A stretch of 64,000 bases of DNA from Vulcanimicrobiota bacterium (GTDB taxonomy: Bacteria; Vulcanimicrobiota; Xenobia; Xenobiales; JADMJV01): positions 1-64,000 of the forward strand of contig JBFWNU010000005.1 in the NCBI GenBank assembly GCA_050250895.1, written 5' to 3'. Positions 27,743-36,855 of the stretch are shown one piece after another. A model generated the notes under the pieces. The model saw only the letters and a list, made by a program, of their open reading frames with translations. It was not told where the DNA came from and made no database searches. Position 1 is the stretch's first letter. Each line of letters begins with the position of its first letter. A program made the translations under genes and the position numbers.

Positions 27743-28814
27743 AGGCGGCCAGAGCCTCGGAGAACGTGGTCCGGCCGAAGCCAAACCGGACAAAGCGGTC
27801 CTCCCAGCCGAGAAAGGTCGAGGGCAACAGCACGATGCCGTGCCGGTCGGCAAGTTCATAACACCACTGCTGGGCAGAGCGACCGTCGAGTAACTCGACC
27901 AGGGCTACCGAGGCTCCGCGGGGTCGGCGAAAACGAAAAAGGTCTCTATGGCGCGCGAAAAAGTCCTCGGCCAGAGAAAGGTTGGCCTCGATGATCTGGT
28001 TGCTGCGGGCCACCAGTTGCGACTCGACCGCCAGAGCCACCTGGGCCAGGAATTCGGTGGGGGCCGGCGGGCAGATGGAGGTGTACATCTTGAGTTCGAA
28101 CAGGCGTCTGCGCAGCTCAGGCTCGCGGGTGGCCAGCCAGCCGCAGCGCAGCCCCGGTAGTCCCTGGGACTTGGAAAGGCCTCCCAGGACTACCGCTCGC
28201 GGGTAGAGGTCGGCCGCCGAGGCCAGGCGAGGGACATCGGGGCGCAGCAGCCCGGCGTAGATCTCGTCGCAGAAGAGCCAGAGGCCACGTTGGTCGACCC
28301 ACTCCAAAAGGCGGGTCCACTCTTCGGTCGTGGGGACAAAGCCCGTCGGGTTGTGCGGAAAGTTGACCACCAGCAAGTCGGTCTCGGGGGTGACCAGCCG
28401 CTCGAGACCCTCGAAATCGAGTTGCCACTCGCTGTCGGTAGCGCGCAGGGGCCAGGGAATGGCGTTCTGGGGCAGGTTCTTGAGGGCGTCGTAGGCCGGG
28501 GTCAGCACGATGGTGTCCTGAGTGAAGAGTTGCGAGAGCAGATAGAGGCCCTCGACGGGGCTGCCCAGCACCAGGATGTCCTCCGCCGACAGAGTCTGGT
28601 AGCGGGCCGCAATGGCTTCGCGCAGAGTCGGGTGACCAGCCGATTCGGTGTAGCCGAGGGTTAGCTTCATGAACTCGTCGGGCTCGACCCCGGCCAGCTC
28701 CAGCAGTGCGCCGACCGAGAGAGTCTGGCAGTCTGAAGCGGCCAGGAGATGGCGGGCCGTGAACTCGTAGCGAGCGAAGTAGAGCTCGGTATCGAAGGGG
28801 CCCGGAAGGGTCAT
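27714..28814 (-). CDS. PLP-dependent aminotransferase class I/II
   Basis: NFPHNPTG, DEIY and LSKSQGLPGLRCGW; ATG overlaps the GGDEF gene stop. Confidence 0.92.
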   Translation of the reverse strand: MTLPGPFDTELYFARYEFTARHLLAASDCQTLSVGALLELAGVEPDEFMKLTLGYTESAGHPTLREAIAARYQTLSAEDILVLGSPVEGLYLLSQLFTQDTIVLTPAYDALKNLPQNAIPWPLRATDSEWQLDFEGLERLVTPETDLLVVNFPHNPTGFVPTTEEWTRLLEWVDQRGLWLFCDEIYAGLLRPDVPRLASAADLYPRAVVLGGLSKSQGLPGLRCGWLATREPELRRRLFELKMYTSICPPAPTEFLAQVALAVESQLVARSNQIIEANLSLAEDFFARHRDLFRFRRPRGASVALVELLDGRSAQQWCYELADRHGIVLLPSTFLGWEDRFVRFGFGRTTFSEALAAFQELFSSPT

Positions 28815-29695
28815 TCGTGGTGCGAGATGACCCGGTTGCGGCCCGCCTGCTTGGCCGCGTAGAGGGCCTGGTCGGCCCGGGCCAGTAGCTCTTCCTCGGC
28901 CAGACCGTCGACCAACCACGCCACTCCCAGGCTGACCGTGACAGCGAGTTCTACCGGTCCGGTGGGGGAGGGGGCAGGAAAGGGGCTCTCGGCTACCAGC
29001 TGGCGAACCCGTTCGGCCAGACGGGCGGCCCCGAGGGGATCGGTCTCGGGCAGCAGCATCACGAATTCTTCGCCCCCATAGCGAGCCACCAGGTCCTCTT
29101 CGCGACTCAGGCCGATCATGCGCGCGGCCAGCTCGCGCAAAACGGCGTCTCCGGCCAGGTGGCCGTGGGTGTCGTTGATCGACTTAAAGTGGTCGGCGTC
29201 GATGAAGACCAGGCTCAGGGGGGTGCGGTGGCGGGTGGCTCGGGCCCACTCGACCCGCAAGCGCTCTTTGAAGTAGTTGCGATTGAACACGCCGGTCAAC
29301 TCGTCGCGGGTGGCCGCCTCGAGCAATTGCTCTTCGTTGGCGTCGCGAAAATCGAACTTCAGGCGCACGGCCGCACCCAGCCGGATGCGCTCGCCGCCTT
29401 GCAGCAGCACCGAGTCGACCTTCTTTTCAGACACGAAGGTGCCGTTGGTCGAGCCCAGGTCGGTGAGCACCACATTCCCATCGGGAGAGCGGGTGAACTT
29501 GGCGTGGTGGCGGCTGATACCCCGGTCGGGAAAGACGATGTGAGCATCGTCGGCCCGCCCCACGATAGTCTCGACCAGATCCAGACGAAAGCTCTGCCCT
29601 TTGGCCGTACCAGCCAGCACCACCAGACTCGGGTGAACCGGATTACCCGGCAGAGGAGCCTCCCCCAACAGCTTCTCGGTGTCGTCGTAGCTCAC
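28811..29695 (-). CDS. FHA-GGDEF diguanylate cyclase
   Basis: FHA motifs GR..D, ISRHHA and DLGSTNGTF; RxxD I-site (REED) and GGEEF. Confidence 0.92.
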   Translation of the reverse strand: MSYDDTEKLLGEAPLPGNPVHPSLVVLAGTAKGQSFRLDLVETIVGRADDAHIVFPDRGISRHHAKFTRSPDGNVVLTDLGSTNGTFVSEKKVDSVLLQGGERIRLGAAVRLKFDFRDANEEQLLEAATRDELTGVFNRNYFKERLRVEWARATRHRTPLSLVFIDADHFKSINDTHGHLAGDAVLRELAARMIGLSREEDLVARYGGEEFVMLLPETDPLGAARLAERVRQLVAESPFPAPSPTGPVELAVTVSLGVAWLVDGLAEEELLARADQALYAAKQAGRNRVISHHE

Positions 29696-29786
29696 AGGAT
29701 TTGGTTCCCAGCCCGGTCGGGCGTACCCTGCTTTGGGATGGCGGTTTAGCACAGGGAAGCCAGGTCCCGACCCGAAGACTGTGATT

Positions 29787-32111
29787 ATGGATCGGCCGAT
29801 TCGCGTGCTGGTGCTCGAAGACGACCTGGCCTTTCGCGATGTGCTAGAAGAGCTTCTGCAGGACCGGGGCTATGAGGTGGTGGCAGCCGGCCGCGGTGAA
29901 GAGGCGGTCCAGCTGGCTCGCAACGAGCCGTTCGACCTCATTGTGGCCGACATTCGCATGGAGGGCATGAGCGGCCTGGATGCCATCGAACAGGCGCGCG
30001 AGCTGCATCCCGAGCTGGGTGCCATCGTCATTTCAGGCTATGCCAGTGAGGAAGAGACCTTGCGGGCCGTGCGTTTGAAGGTGGGCGGCTATCTCAAGAA
30101 GCCCTTCAAGATGCAGGATTTGCTCGATCGCATCAACGAGTTCGTCACCCGCCGGGCGCTCGAGTTGCGCCAGGCAAGCGAACTCGAGCGGGCCCGGCGA
30201 GCTCTGACATGGAGCCTCGAAGGATTGGGCCACCTGGGCGAGCAGTTGCATACCGGGCGGGTCTTGCGAGCCGCCGAGTTGGCCGAGGGAATGGGCCGCC
30301 AACTGGGTCTGGGGGGCGACCTGCCGCAGCAGTTGCGTTGGGCCGCCATCCTGCATCAGCTCGACCAGCTGATGGCTTTGAAGATGCCCGAGCGGGTGGT
30401 GGACGGCCTGCATATGCTGCCGGGCTTGCGGGCTTCCTTGCAGAAGAGAGAGGACGCAGCCGCCTTTGCGGCCCAGCTGTGCCGGCGTCTCGAGCCGCAC
30501 GAAGGGTTGCCTGAGGCCGAGGCTCTCGAACTCGAACCACCGCTCAAAGAGGCATATCACCGGTTGGTGACCGAGGGGGAAGCGGGTCCGGTCGAGCATC
30601 AGGCCCGGGCCGGTTTGGTGCGATTGGGCAGGGCCTTAGAGCAGGCAGGCGATTTTGCCGGCGCGAGCCTGGCCTATCAGGAAGCGGCCGACGGGGCCGG
30701 AGGCGAAGCGATTCAGGCCTTGCTGGGTCTGGCTCGGTTGGCGGTGGCCCAGGGTCAACGTGAAGGACTCGAGGAATCGATCAAAGGGGTGCTGGCCAGA
30801 GCCGAGCAACTGGGTCCGGTGGCCCAGGCTACGGCTGAACTCGAAGCCACCGACATTCTCACCCGGGCCGGCCACCCGGTGGCCAACAAACTGCTGGCTC
30901 GAGCCATCGAGAGCCTGGGAGCGGTCAAGCTGCACGTGCCTCGCGCCAGCGCCGTCCTGCGATTGGCCAACCGGGCCGAGTTGGCGGCGGAGGCAGTCGA
31001 GCAGGCTCTGGCCGTGCTGGCCGACCCCAACTTCTTGCTCGAGGTGTTCGAGCAGCTTCCGGTCCTGCTGCCCGAGTTGCTGGAATACGCCGCCCGCACC
31101 GGTCACCCGACGGCCGGCAAGTTGGCCGCCCGCTTCGTACGCGACTATCCGCAAGAGGTGACCCGAGCCTTGCGGGTGGGGCGACTGACGGTGGTCGCGC
31201 GCGGCCTGGTGTTGACCAGCCTCGAGGGCCATCAAGACGCTCCCGGCGACCTGGTCGAGGGGCTGGGCCAGGACCCCGATCCTGAACTGCGGGCGCGGGC
31301 CCTTCGGCTGGCTAGTGGCTCGGCCGCACCGCCCATCGTGCGCGTCTATTCGCTTGGGCCCATCGAGCTTTTTCTGGGGGAGCATCGGGTCGACGAGAAA
31401 GCGTGGAAGAGCCAGAAGATCAAGTATCTATTCTGGTTTCTGGCGGCTCAGAACCAGCCGGTAGTGGTCGACGCCATCATGGAAGAATTCTGGCCCGGGC
31501 CGGTCGAGAACGCTCGCCACAACCTCAACACCTCGGTCTCCTCGGTCCGTCGCTGCCTCAAGGGCGACTCGGACGGCAACCTCGATCCGGTCTTGCGCGA
31601 GAAGGACACCCTGGCGCTAAACCCCGAGCTACCCCTCTGGCACGATCTCGACGAGCTAGAGAAAGCCCACCAGCAAGCTCTTGCCTGTCTTCAGGCCGGC
31701 AAGTCCGAGCAGGCGATGGCCCACTTTTCGCGCGTGGCTCGCCTCTACAGGGGCCCTTATCTCGAAGGCTGCTACATGGATTGGGCGGTGGCCCGTCGTA
31801 CCAGTGTAGAACATCTGGCTGCCGACGCCCTCGAGCGGCTGATCGCCAGCCGGCTCGAAGTGGGGCGCCATCGCGAAGCCCTGGAATACTCCATTCGTCT
31901 GCTCGAGGTGCGCCCCGACAATCAGGAGGCTCACCACTTCAAGATGTTGGCTCACCTGGGTCTGGGTGAGCCTGAGCAAGCCATCAAGCAGTTCGAGGCT
32001 TGCCAGAAAATGCTGGCCAACCTCTACGACATGGAGCCCACCACCGAGCTTTTGCGAACCTACCATCGAGCGCGCTACGGCTTGAGCGACTCGCCCAGCT
32101 GGGTCGGCTGA
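29787..32111 (+). CDS. Response regulator: REC - degenerate HD-GYP-like - TPR/HEAT - winged helix + BTAD (SARP-like activator)
   Basis: DIRM..MSGLD and KPF; VYSLGPIEL..W..QK.K.L, FWP, LN..VS.VRR, LYRGPYLEG..DW and QEAH...M. Confidence 0.85.
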   Translation: MDRPIRVLVLEDDLAFRDVLEELLQDRGYEVVAAGRGEEAVQLARNEPFDLIVADIRMEGMSGLDAIEQARELHPELGAIVISGYASEEETLRAVRLKVGGYLKKPFKMQDLLDRINEFVTRRALELRQASELERARRALTWSLEGLGHLGEQLHTGRVLRAAELAEGMGRQLGLGGDLPQQLRWAAILHQLDQLMALKMPERVVDGLHMLPGLRASLQKREDAAAFAAQLCRRLEPHEGLPEAEALELEPPLKEAYHRLVTEGEAGPVEHQARAGLVRLGRALEQAGDFAGASLAYQEAADGAGGEAIQALLGLARLAVAQGQREGLEESIKGVLARAEQLGPVAQATAELEATDILTRAGHPVANKLLARAIESLGAVKLHVPRASAVLRLANRAELAAEAVEQALAVLADPNFLLEVFEQLPVLLPELLEYAARTGHPTAGKLAARFVRDYPQEVTRALRVGRLTVVARGLVLTSLEGHQDAPGDLVEGLGQDPDPELRARALRLASGSAAPPIVRVYSLGPIELFLGEHRVDEKAWKSQKIKYLFWFLAAQNQPVVVDAIMEEFWPGPVENARHNLNTSVSSVRRCLKGDSDGNLDPVLREKDTLALNPELPLWHDLDELEKAHQQALACLQAGKSEQAMAHFSRVARLYRGPYLEGCYMDWAVARRTSVEHLAADALERLIASRLEVGRHREALEYSIRLLEVRPDNQEAHHFKMLAHLGLGEPEQAIKQFEACQKMLANLYDMEPTTELLRTYHRARYGLSDSPSWVG

Positions 32112-34507
32112 TGCAGGCGCGGCTGGTGGGGGTCGTCACCGGGCTTGCCCTGCTGGTTTTGGGTGGTCTGTCACCCCTTCCCACCGATTGGCTGGCCGTG
32201 GCTTTGCTGGGCTTGTCGGCAGTCTTTCTCGAGCGCCAGGCGGTAGGTCTGGGGGGTCAGGTCCGCTTCTCGCCAGCGACAGCCGTGTATCTGGGCGCGG
32301 CCCTTTTGTCCGGGGTCGGTTGCATGGCCGCGGCCGCACTGCTCTTGCTCGAGACCGCCAGCCGCGAACCGCGTCGGGTTCTCGAGGCGCTGGCCGCTCG
32401 TTTCGGCCTGATGACCGGCATTCTGGGCGCCTTTCTGGGACCGCTGAGCGGGCAACCCTGGCTTGCCTACCTGCTGGGCCCGGCCCTCTATCTGGGAGGC
32501 ACCGTCTGGCACGAGCGCCAGGTGCGAGGCGAGTTGACCGCTCGCGAGCGGCTGAGCTGGTTTCGGGCCCGTCATCAGGTGCGCCCGCTGGAGCTGGGTC
32601 TGGCGGCAGCCGCCCCGGCTCTGGCTGCGCTCTACGCCCAGTCTCCTCTGTTGGGGTTGGTGCTGGTGCCCGTGCTGGCCACCATGCAGTTGGCCGCCGA
32701 GAACCTGGTCATCAAAAGCCGGGCCGAGACTACCGAGCAGGTCATCGAGGCCCTGGCCGACGCCCGGGTCAGTCAGCAAGAAACGGCCCGAGAACTGGCC
32801 GAAACTCGCACCCAGAAACAGTTGCTGGAGGGGTTCTCCCAACAGCTGGCTCAGAATCCGGGGCTCGAGCAGGCCAGTCGTTCGTTGGTGGCCACCGTCT
32901 TCGAGTTGATGCCGGTCACCGACGTGGCCGTCTTTCTCAATCTTCCGGGTCAGCCAGCCGACCGCCCCGAGCCGTTTTACTACCAGGTGGGAGCCGAACA
33001 TCAGGCTCGCCTGCAAGGCGCCCTGCTTACCGGTTTGCGCGAGCCTCTGGTGGACGAGGCTTGCCAATCCCGCGCCTGGGTGGTGGCCGAGACGCGCCAC
33101 CGCACCACTCCTCGCCTGCTGGAAGGAAATCAGGCGGCAGTAGCCTTTGCCCTGGGCGACCTGGGGGCCCTCTATGTCGGGCGCACCGAGGTCCAGCCTT
33201 TTTCCCAGGATGAGTTGCGCCGTCTCGATTGGCTTTCGACGAAAGCTCGGCTGGCCTTGGAGGTGGCTTTTCGCGATTATGAGGTGAGCCGCCAGCAAGA
33301 GCTTCAGCGTCAGGCCGTCGCGGAACTCGAGCGCCGGGTGGTGCTGTTAGGCTCCCTCACCCACGGGGCCGAAGAGATGGCGGCCACCCTCGACCTCGAG
33401 GAGTTGGGTGAGCGGCTGGCCCAGCTTCTCGCCAGGGCCATCACCCACGATCACGGGCTGCTCGTCTTCGAGTGGGAACCAGGCCAGGTGGTCCGGCGCA
33501 GCTGGGGAGGTCTCGAACTCGAGCAACACGAGTTGCTGGAGAGCGCGCGCGAGTCGGGCCGGCCGCTGCTGCTTGACGATCTCGCCAAGACGCGCTTCGA
33601 GGTGCCCTCGACTCGCAGTTTGCTGGTGAGCCCACTGGTGGCTCACAGCCGAACCTGCGGGGCCATTTTGTTGGGCAGCCGACAGCCCAATGCCTTTGAC
33701 CGAGAACAGGTGGACATGCTGTTCTTGCTCGGCTGCCAGGCCGGCATGGCCTTCTCCAACGCCCGTCTCTATCACGAGGTGGTGTTGGCCCGCCGCCAGT
33801 TGGAAGAGTCTCAAGCCCAGCTCATTCAGTCCAGCAAGATGACGGCGGTGGGACAACTGGCCGCCGGCGTAGCCCACGAACTCAACACTCCCCTCGGGGC
33901 GATTGCCCTGGCTCTCGAAGCGGCCGCTTCGAGGGTGCAAGAACGTCCCGACTCGGCTCTGCGGATGATCGGCAAGGCTCAAGAGGGAGTCGAACGCTCG
34001 CGCACCATCATCGAGCGGCTACTGGTCTACTCGCGCAAACCCAGCCATGAACTGTTCCCCGTCGAGGTGGACAAGATGGTCAAAGATACCCTCGAGTTTG
34101 TCGGCTCTCAGGTCAAGACCATGGGCGCCGAAGTCGACTTTCAGCCGGGTTGCCCACACCAGGTGCGGGGTCGTTGGCAAGAGCTCCAGCAGGTGCTGGT
34201 CAACCTGCTCCTCAACGGGATCCAGGCGATGGAAGACAAGCCGCCGGGCGAGAAAAAAATAAAGGTCAGAACCTACGATGACGACCACCACATCGTCATC
34301 GAGGTATCTGACCAGGGTGTCGGGATGACTCCCGAACAGCTGGCTCGAGCCTTCGAGCCATTCTACACAACCAAGCCGGTTGGAAAGGGCACCGGTCTGG
34401 GGCTGTGGGTTGCCCACCAGATCGTGGGCGAGCACGGTGGCACGCTCGAGGCGCAATCCCGACCCCACCACGGATCGGTCTTCACCGTTCGCTTGCCACA
34501 AGCCTGA
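32111..34507 (+). CDS. Membrane sensor histidine kinase with two GAF-like domains
   Basis: KMTAVGQLAAGVAHELNTP, QVLVNLLLNG and PFYTTKPVGKGTGLGL; start overlaps the regulator stop. Confidence 0.92.
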   Translation: MQARLVGVVTGLALLVLGGLSPLPTDWLAVALLGLSAVFLERQAVGLGGQVRFSPATAVYLGAALLSGVGCMAAAALLLLETASREPRRVLEALAARFGLMTGILGAFLGPLSGQPWLAYLLGPALYLGGTVWHERQVRGELTARERLSWFRARHQVRPLELGLAAAAPALAALYAQSPLLGLVLVPVLATMQLAAENLVIKSRAETTEQVIEALADARVSQQETARELAETRTQKQLLEGFSQQLAQNPGLEQASRSLVATVFELMPVTDVAVFLNLPGQPADRPEPFYYQVGAEHQARLQGALLTGLREPLVDEACQSRAWVVAETRHRTTPRLLEGNQAAVAFALGDLGALYVGRTEVQPFSQDELRRLDWLSTKARLALEVAFRDYEVSRQQELQRQAVAELERRVVLLGSLTHGAEEMAATLDLEELGERLAQLLARAITHDHGLLVFEWEPGQVVRRSWGGLELEQHELLESARESGRPLLLDDLAKTRFEVPSTRSLLVSPLVAHSRTCGAILLGSRQPNAFDREQVDMLFLLGCQAGMAFSNARLYHEVVLARRQLEESQAQLIQSSKMTAVGQLAAGVAHELNTPLGAIALALEAAASRVQERPDSALRMIGKAQEGVERSRTIIERLLVYSRKPSHELFPVEVDKMVKDTLEFVGSQVKTMGAEVDFQPGCPHQVRGRWQELQQVLVNLLLNGIQAMEDKPPGEKKIKVRTYDDDHHIVIEVSDQGVGMTPEQLARAFEPFYTTKPVGKGTGLGLWVAHQIVGEHGGTLEAQSRPHHGSVFTVRLPQA

Positions 34508-34514
34508 GATAGGA

Positions 34515-35027
34515 TTATTTCTTCTTGCCACCTCCCACCCCGAGGGCCTTGAAATCTTTCATCGACACGCCCGCTCCCGGGCCGGCGGCGTCCCGCAGGC
34601 GGCGGTAATAGGCAGGGTTGTCCAGCAGGAACTGACTGGCCTTCTTGAGGCGACCGGGCACGTCCGGGTTGTCCTCGACGATGGCTTTCAGATCGCGTCG
34701 GTGAAACTTCTTGTCGCGTTTGCTCTGGCCGTCGGCGGTGTCGAGCACGCCGCGGTGGTGACTGAGCACCTTGACGGCCTCTTTGAAGTTCATCTTCTTG
34801 GGGGTGGGCGCAGCCGGGGTCGGCTGGGGCGGATTGAGGAAGTCGTGCCAGGTCTGATTGAGTTGGCCCAGGCTCTCGAGCAGTTCCATCTGAAACTGCT
34901 GGCCGTACGGGTTCGGGTTGCTCGGTGCAGGCGGCTGATAGGTAGGAGCCTGCTGGTAGACGTTGACCTGATATTGTTGGACGGCCTGGTAGTTGAAAAA
35001 GCCGTAGTTGCTTCCGTAGGTATTCAT
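34515..35027 (-). CDS. Hypothetical protein: Q/P/Y-rich N-terminus plus a unit resembling HrpF/NolX-type repeats
   Basis: GGAGG RBS; LDTADG..RD..F.R.DL..I...P....LKKASQFLLDNP..Y..L..AAG. Confidence 0.7.
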   Translation of the reverse strand: MNTYGSNYGFFNYQAVQQYQVNVYQQAPTYQPPAPSNPNPYGQQFQMELLESLGQLNQTWHDFLNPPQPTPAAPTPKKMNFKEAVKVLSHHRGVLDTADGQSKRDKKFHRRDLKAIVEDNPDVPGRLKKASQFLLDNPAYYRRLRDAAGPGAGVSMKDFKALGVGGGKKK

Positions 35028-35062
35028 TGTGGGTCCTCCGCGTTGTGTGTGTCGGGTTGAAT

Positions 35063-35509
35063 CTAGCCCAAGAGTCCGGCCCAGGCGGGGCCGCTGTTGC
35101 CGACCATCGAGCGAGCCTGATTGAAGCCCGCGCCGCTGAGCCCGTTGCCTTGCAGCAGATCGTTGAGGCCTGGCAACATTCCGCCCAGTATCTGCATCTG
35201 CACGTCGTTCTGGCCGTTCATTCCAGTGGCCATGCCGACGGCGAGGTCATAGTCTCTTTGGCGAGCATCACGAAGCTCGGTCATCATCTGGATCTGCTCT
35301 TCCTGAGCCTTCCTGGCCGCTTCGATCGCTTCGGGGTCGGCGTTGACGCCACCCCAGGCCTCGGCCAGGGTGGTCAACAAGTTCACCAGTTGGCCAACCG
35401 ACTCGACCAGAGCACCGATGTCGTTGCCCGAGCCCGGGGCCGCGTTGGTAGCGGCTCTGGGGGCGGCAGCGGCGGTGCGAGTGGTGGGTTGGTTGGCCTG
35501 GACTTTCAT
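35063..35509 (-). CDS. Hypothetical harpin-like protein (A/T/N-rich N-terminus, amphipathic helices)
   Basis: GAGGAG RBS; MKVQANQPTT...; DIGALVESVGQLVNLLTTLAEAW; no Cys and no Sec signal. Confidence 0.7.
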   Translation of the reverse strand: MKVQANQPTTRTAAAAPRAATNAAPGSGNDIGALVESVGQLVNLLTTLAEAWGGVNADPEAIEAARKAQEEQIQMMTELRDARQRDYDLAVGMATGMNGQNDVQMQILGGMLPGLNDLLQGNGLSGAGFNQARSMVGNSGPAWAGLLG

Positions 35510-35539
35510 CGTTCGCTCTCCTCGTGAGTTCTTGATACA

Positions 35540-35571
35540 AGCTTACGAAGAGCGAATAAACCCCCACTAAA
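35540..35571 (-). promoter_or_regulatory. TTTAG-N6-TTTAT-N10-TAAGCT; further TTTAC/TTAAC/CTGAG 11-bp array upstream at 35576-35602
   Basis: Read directly on the minus strand. Confidence 0.55.
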
Positions 35572-35697
35572 CCACCTCAGAATCAGGTTAACAGGATGTA
35601 AATTTATCCTCTTGATGGGTTCGAACCGTGGGCTGTGACCCTTTCCTGACGGAAGATGGAGGAACTGGAGTTGGATAGAAGAACGTCTTACAGGGTC

Positions 35698-36498
35698 ATG
35701 CCCTTTCCGAGTTCGGAACGTGTCATATATGAACGCAACCCTCTGAAAGAGGTCATTTGCGATCTCCAGTTTCCGGCGATTCTTGAGATTTCGAGTTCGA
35801 ACCCAGTGGCGTTTCAGAAGGTGGTTCGGAAAGCTTATCCGCTCTTTTCTAAAGGCACCTCGGTCCATCAGGTCAACGCTCCGCCGGAGATTCCGCCCCA
35901 TGTCATTCAACTCTTTCTCAGCCAGGTGGGAGAAGCTGGGCCGCCTACCTTCACGTTTAAGACAGCGGATGAAAACAGAGCTATTGTGATGTCCCAGAGC
36001 AACCTGGTTCTTCATGAGAAGGACTACAAGGAATGGACTGAGTTCAAAGCAAATTTTTCCGACGTCGAAAAGACCTTCCGAAAGGTATACGAGCCGCCCT
36101 TCTATACTAGAATTGGCCTCCGCTACGTCAACGTCATCGACCGTGACGCTCTCGACCTAGGAGATTCCTCATGGAGCGAGATTCTAAAAACCAGGCTCTT
36201 GGGTCTTCTCGGAGGTATAAATGGAGTAGAGGTTACCGAGACCAAAACGGAGGCACTGCTCAACTTGAATGTGACCAGCGTGAAGGGTGCTCAAGCTTAT
36301 GTTCGCCACGGGCTTGTCCGGGAGCAAAGTAGCGGTCGCCCCCTCTATGTCTTGGATATAGATCTATTTACCGACGAAAGGAGTAAGCCGACAGATGTCC
36401 CCAAACGACTTGATGTTTTTTCCAGAGAAGCAGGCAACTTCTTCCGGCATGTTACGAGAGGCAAGCTTCACGAGGCTCTTGGACCGCGCTCCGGTTGA
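35698..36498 (+). CDS. TIGR04255-like protein (alternative start 35656)
   Basis: MPFP..ERVIY.RNPL.EVIC.LQFP, Y..W..F, RIGLRYVNVI and YVLDID; low GC. Confidence 0.82.
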   Translation: MPFPSSERVIYERNPLKEVICDLQFPAILEISSSNPVAFQKVVRKAYPLFSKGTSVHQVNAPPEIPPHVIQLFLSQVGEAGPPTFTFKTADENRAIVMSQSNLVLHEKDYKEWTEFKANFSDVEKTFRKVYEPPFYTRIGLRYVNVIDRDALDLGDSSWSEILKTRLLGLLGGINGVEVTETKTEALLNLNVTSVKGAQAYVRHGLVREQSSGRPLYVLDIDLFTDERSKPTDVPKRLDVFSREAGNFFRHVTRGKLHEALGPRSG

Positions 36499-36850
36499 GA
36501 GGAGCGGACATGTCTTGCGGCGAGTCGACCTCTTGGCGAATCTGTTGATTCGACTCGCGAATGTGCCGCTGGAGCAGTTGATCAACGTTTGCTCCATCGT
36601 TGGGGAGCATACAGGCGAACCTCATTCCCCCAGTATTTTGAGAGTAGTTCCGAGCGAGACCCTTCTGCCACGAACTCTCTCGGGCCAACCCTCGCGAGGT
36701 GCGTCTCGCCCTGAGCCACCTCTCGATGACTTTACCCTGCCTGAGATTCACTCGAGGCCTGAGCAACTCGAGGCCGTACTGAATTTCATCGCCACTCAAC
36801 CTTCGACGACCGTTTCATCTTTGTCCGACCTCTTCGAGGAAGAGGACTAG
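36395..36850 (+). CDS. Hypothetical middle gene of the low-GC cassette (true start probably near 36510-36515)
   Basis: Fills the gap between flanking genes; GAGGAG RBS near 36499; acidic tail DLFEED; start ambiguous. Confidence 0.5.
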   Translation: MSPNDLMFFPEKQATSSGMLREASFTRLLDRAPVERSGHVLRRVDLLANLLIRLANVPLEQLINVCSIVGEHTGEPHSPSILRVVPSETLLPRTLSGQPSRGASRPEPPLDDFTLPEIHSRPEQLEAVLNFIATQPSTTVSSLSDLFEEED

Positions 36851-36855
36851 TTGGG

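Noticed and set aside
36510-36548. 12-codon ORF MSCGESTSWRIC after a strong RBS in the low-GC cassette
   Set aside because: Too short to support; it may instead indicate a TTG start or frameshift of the middle gene, left unresolved.
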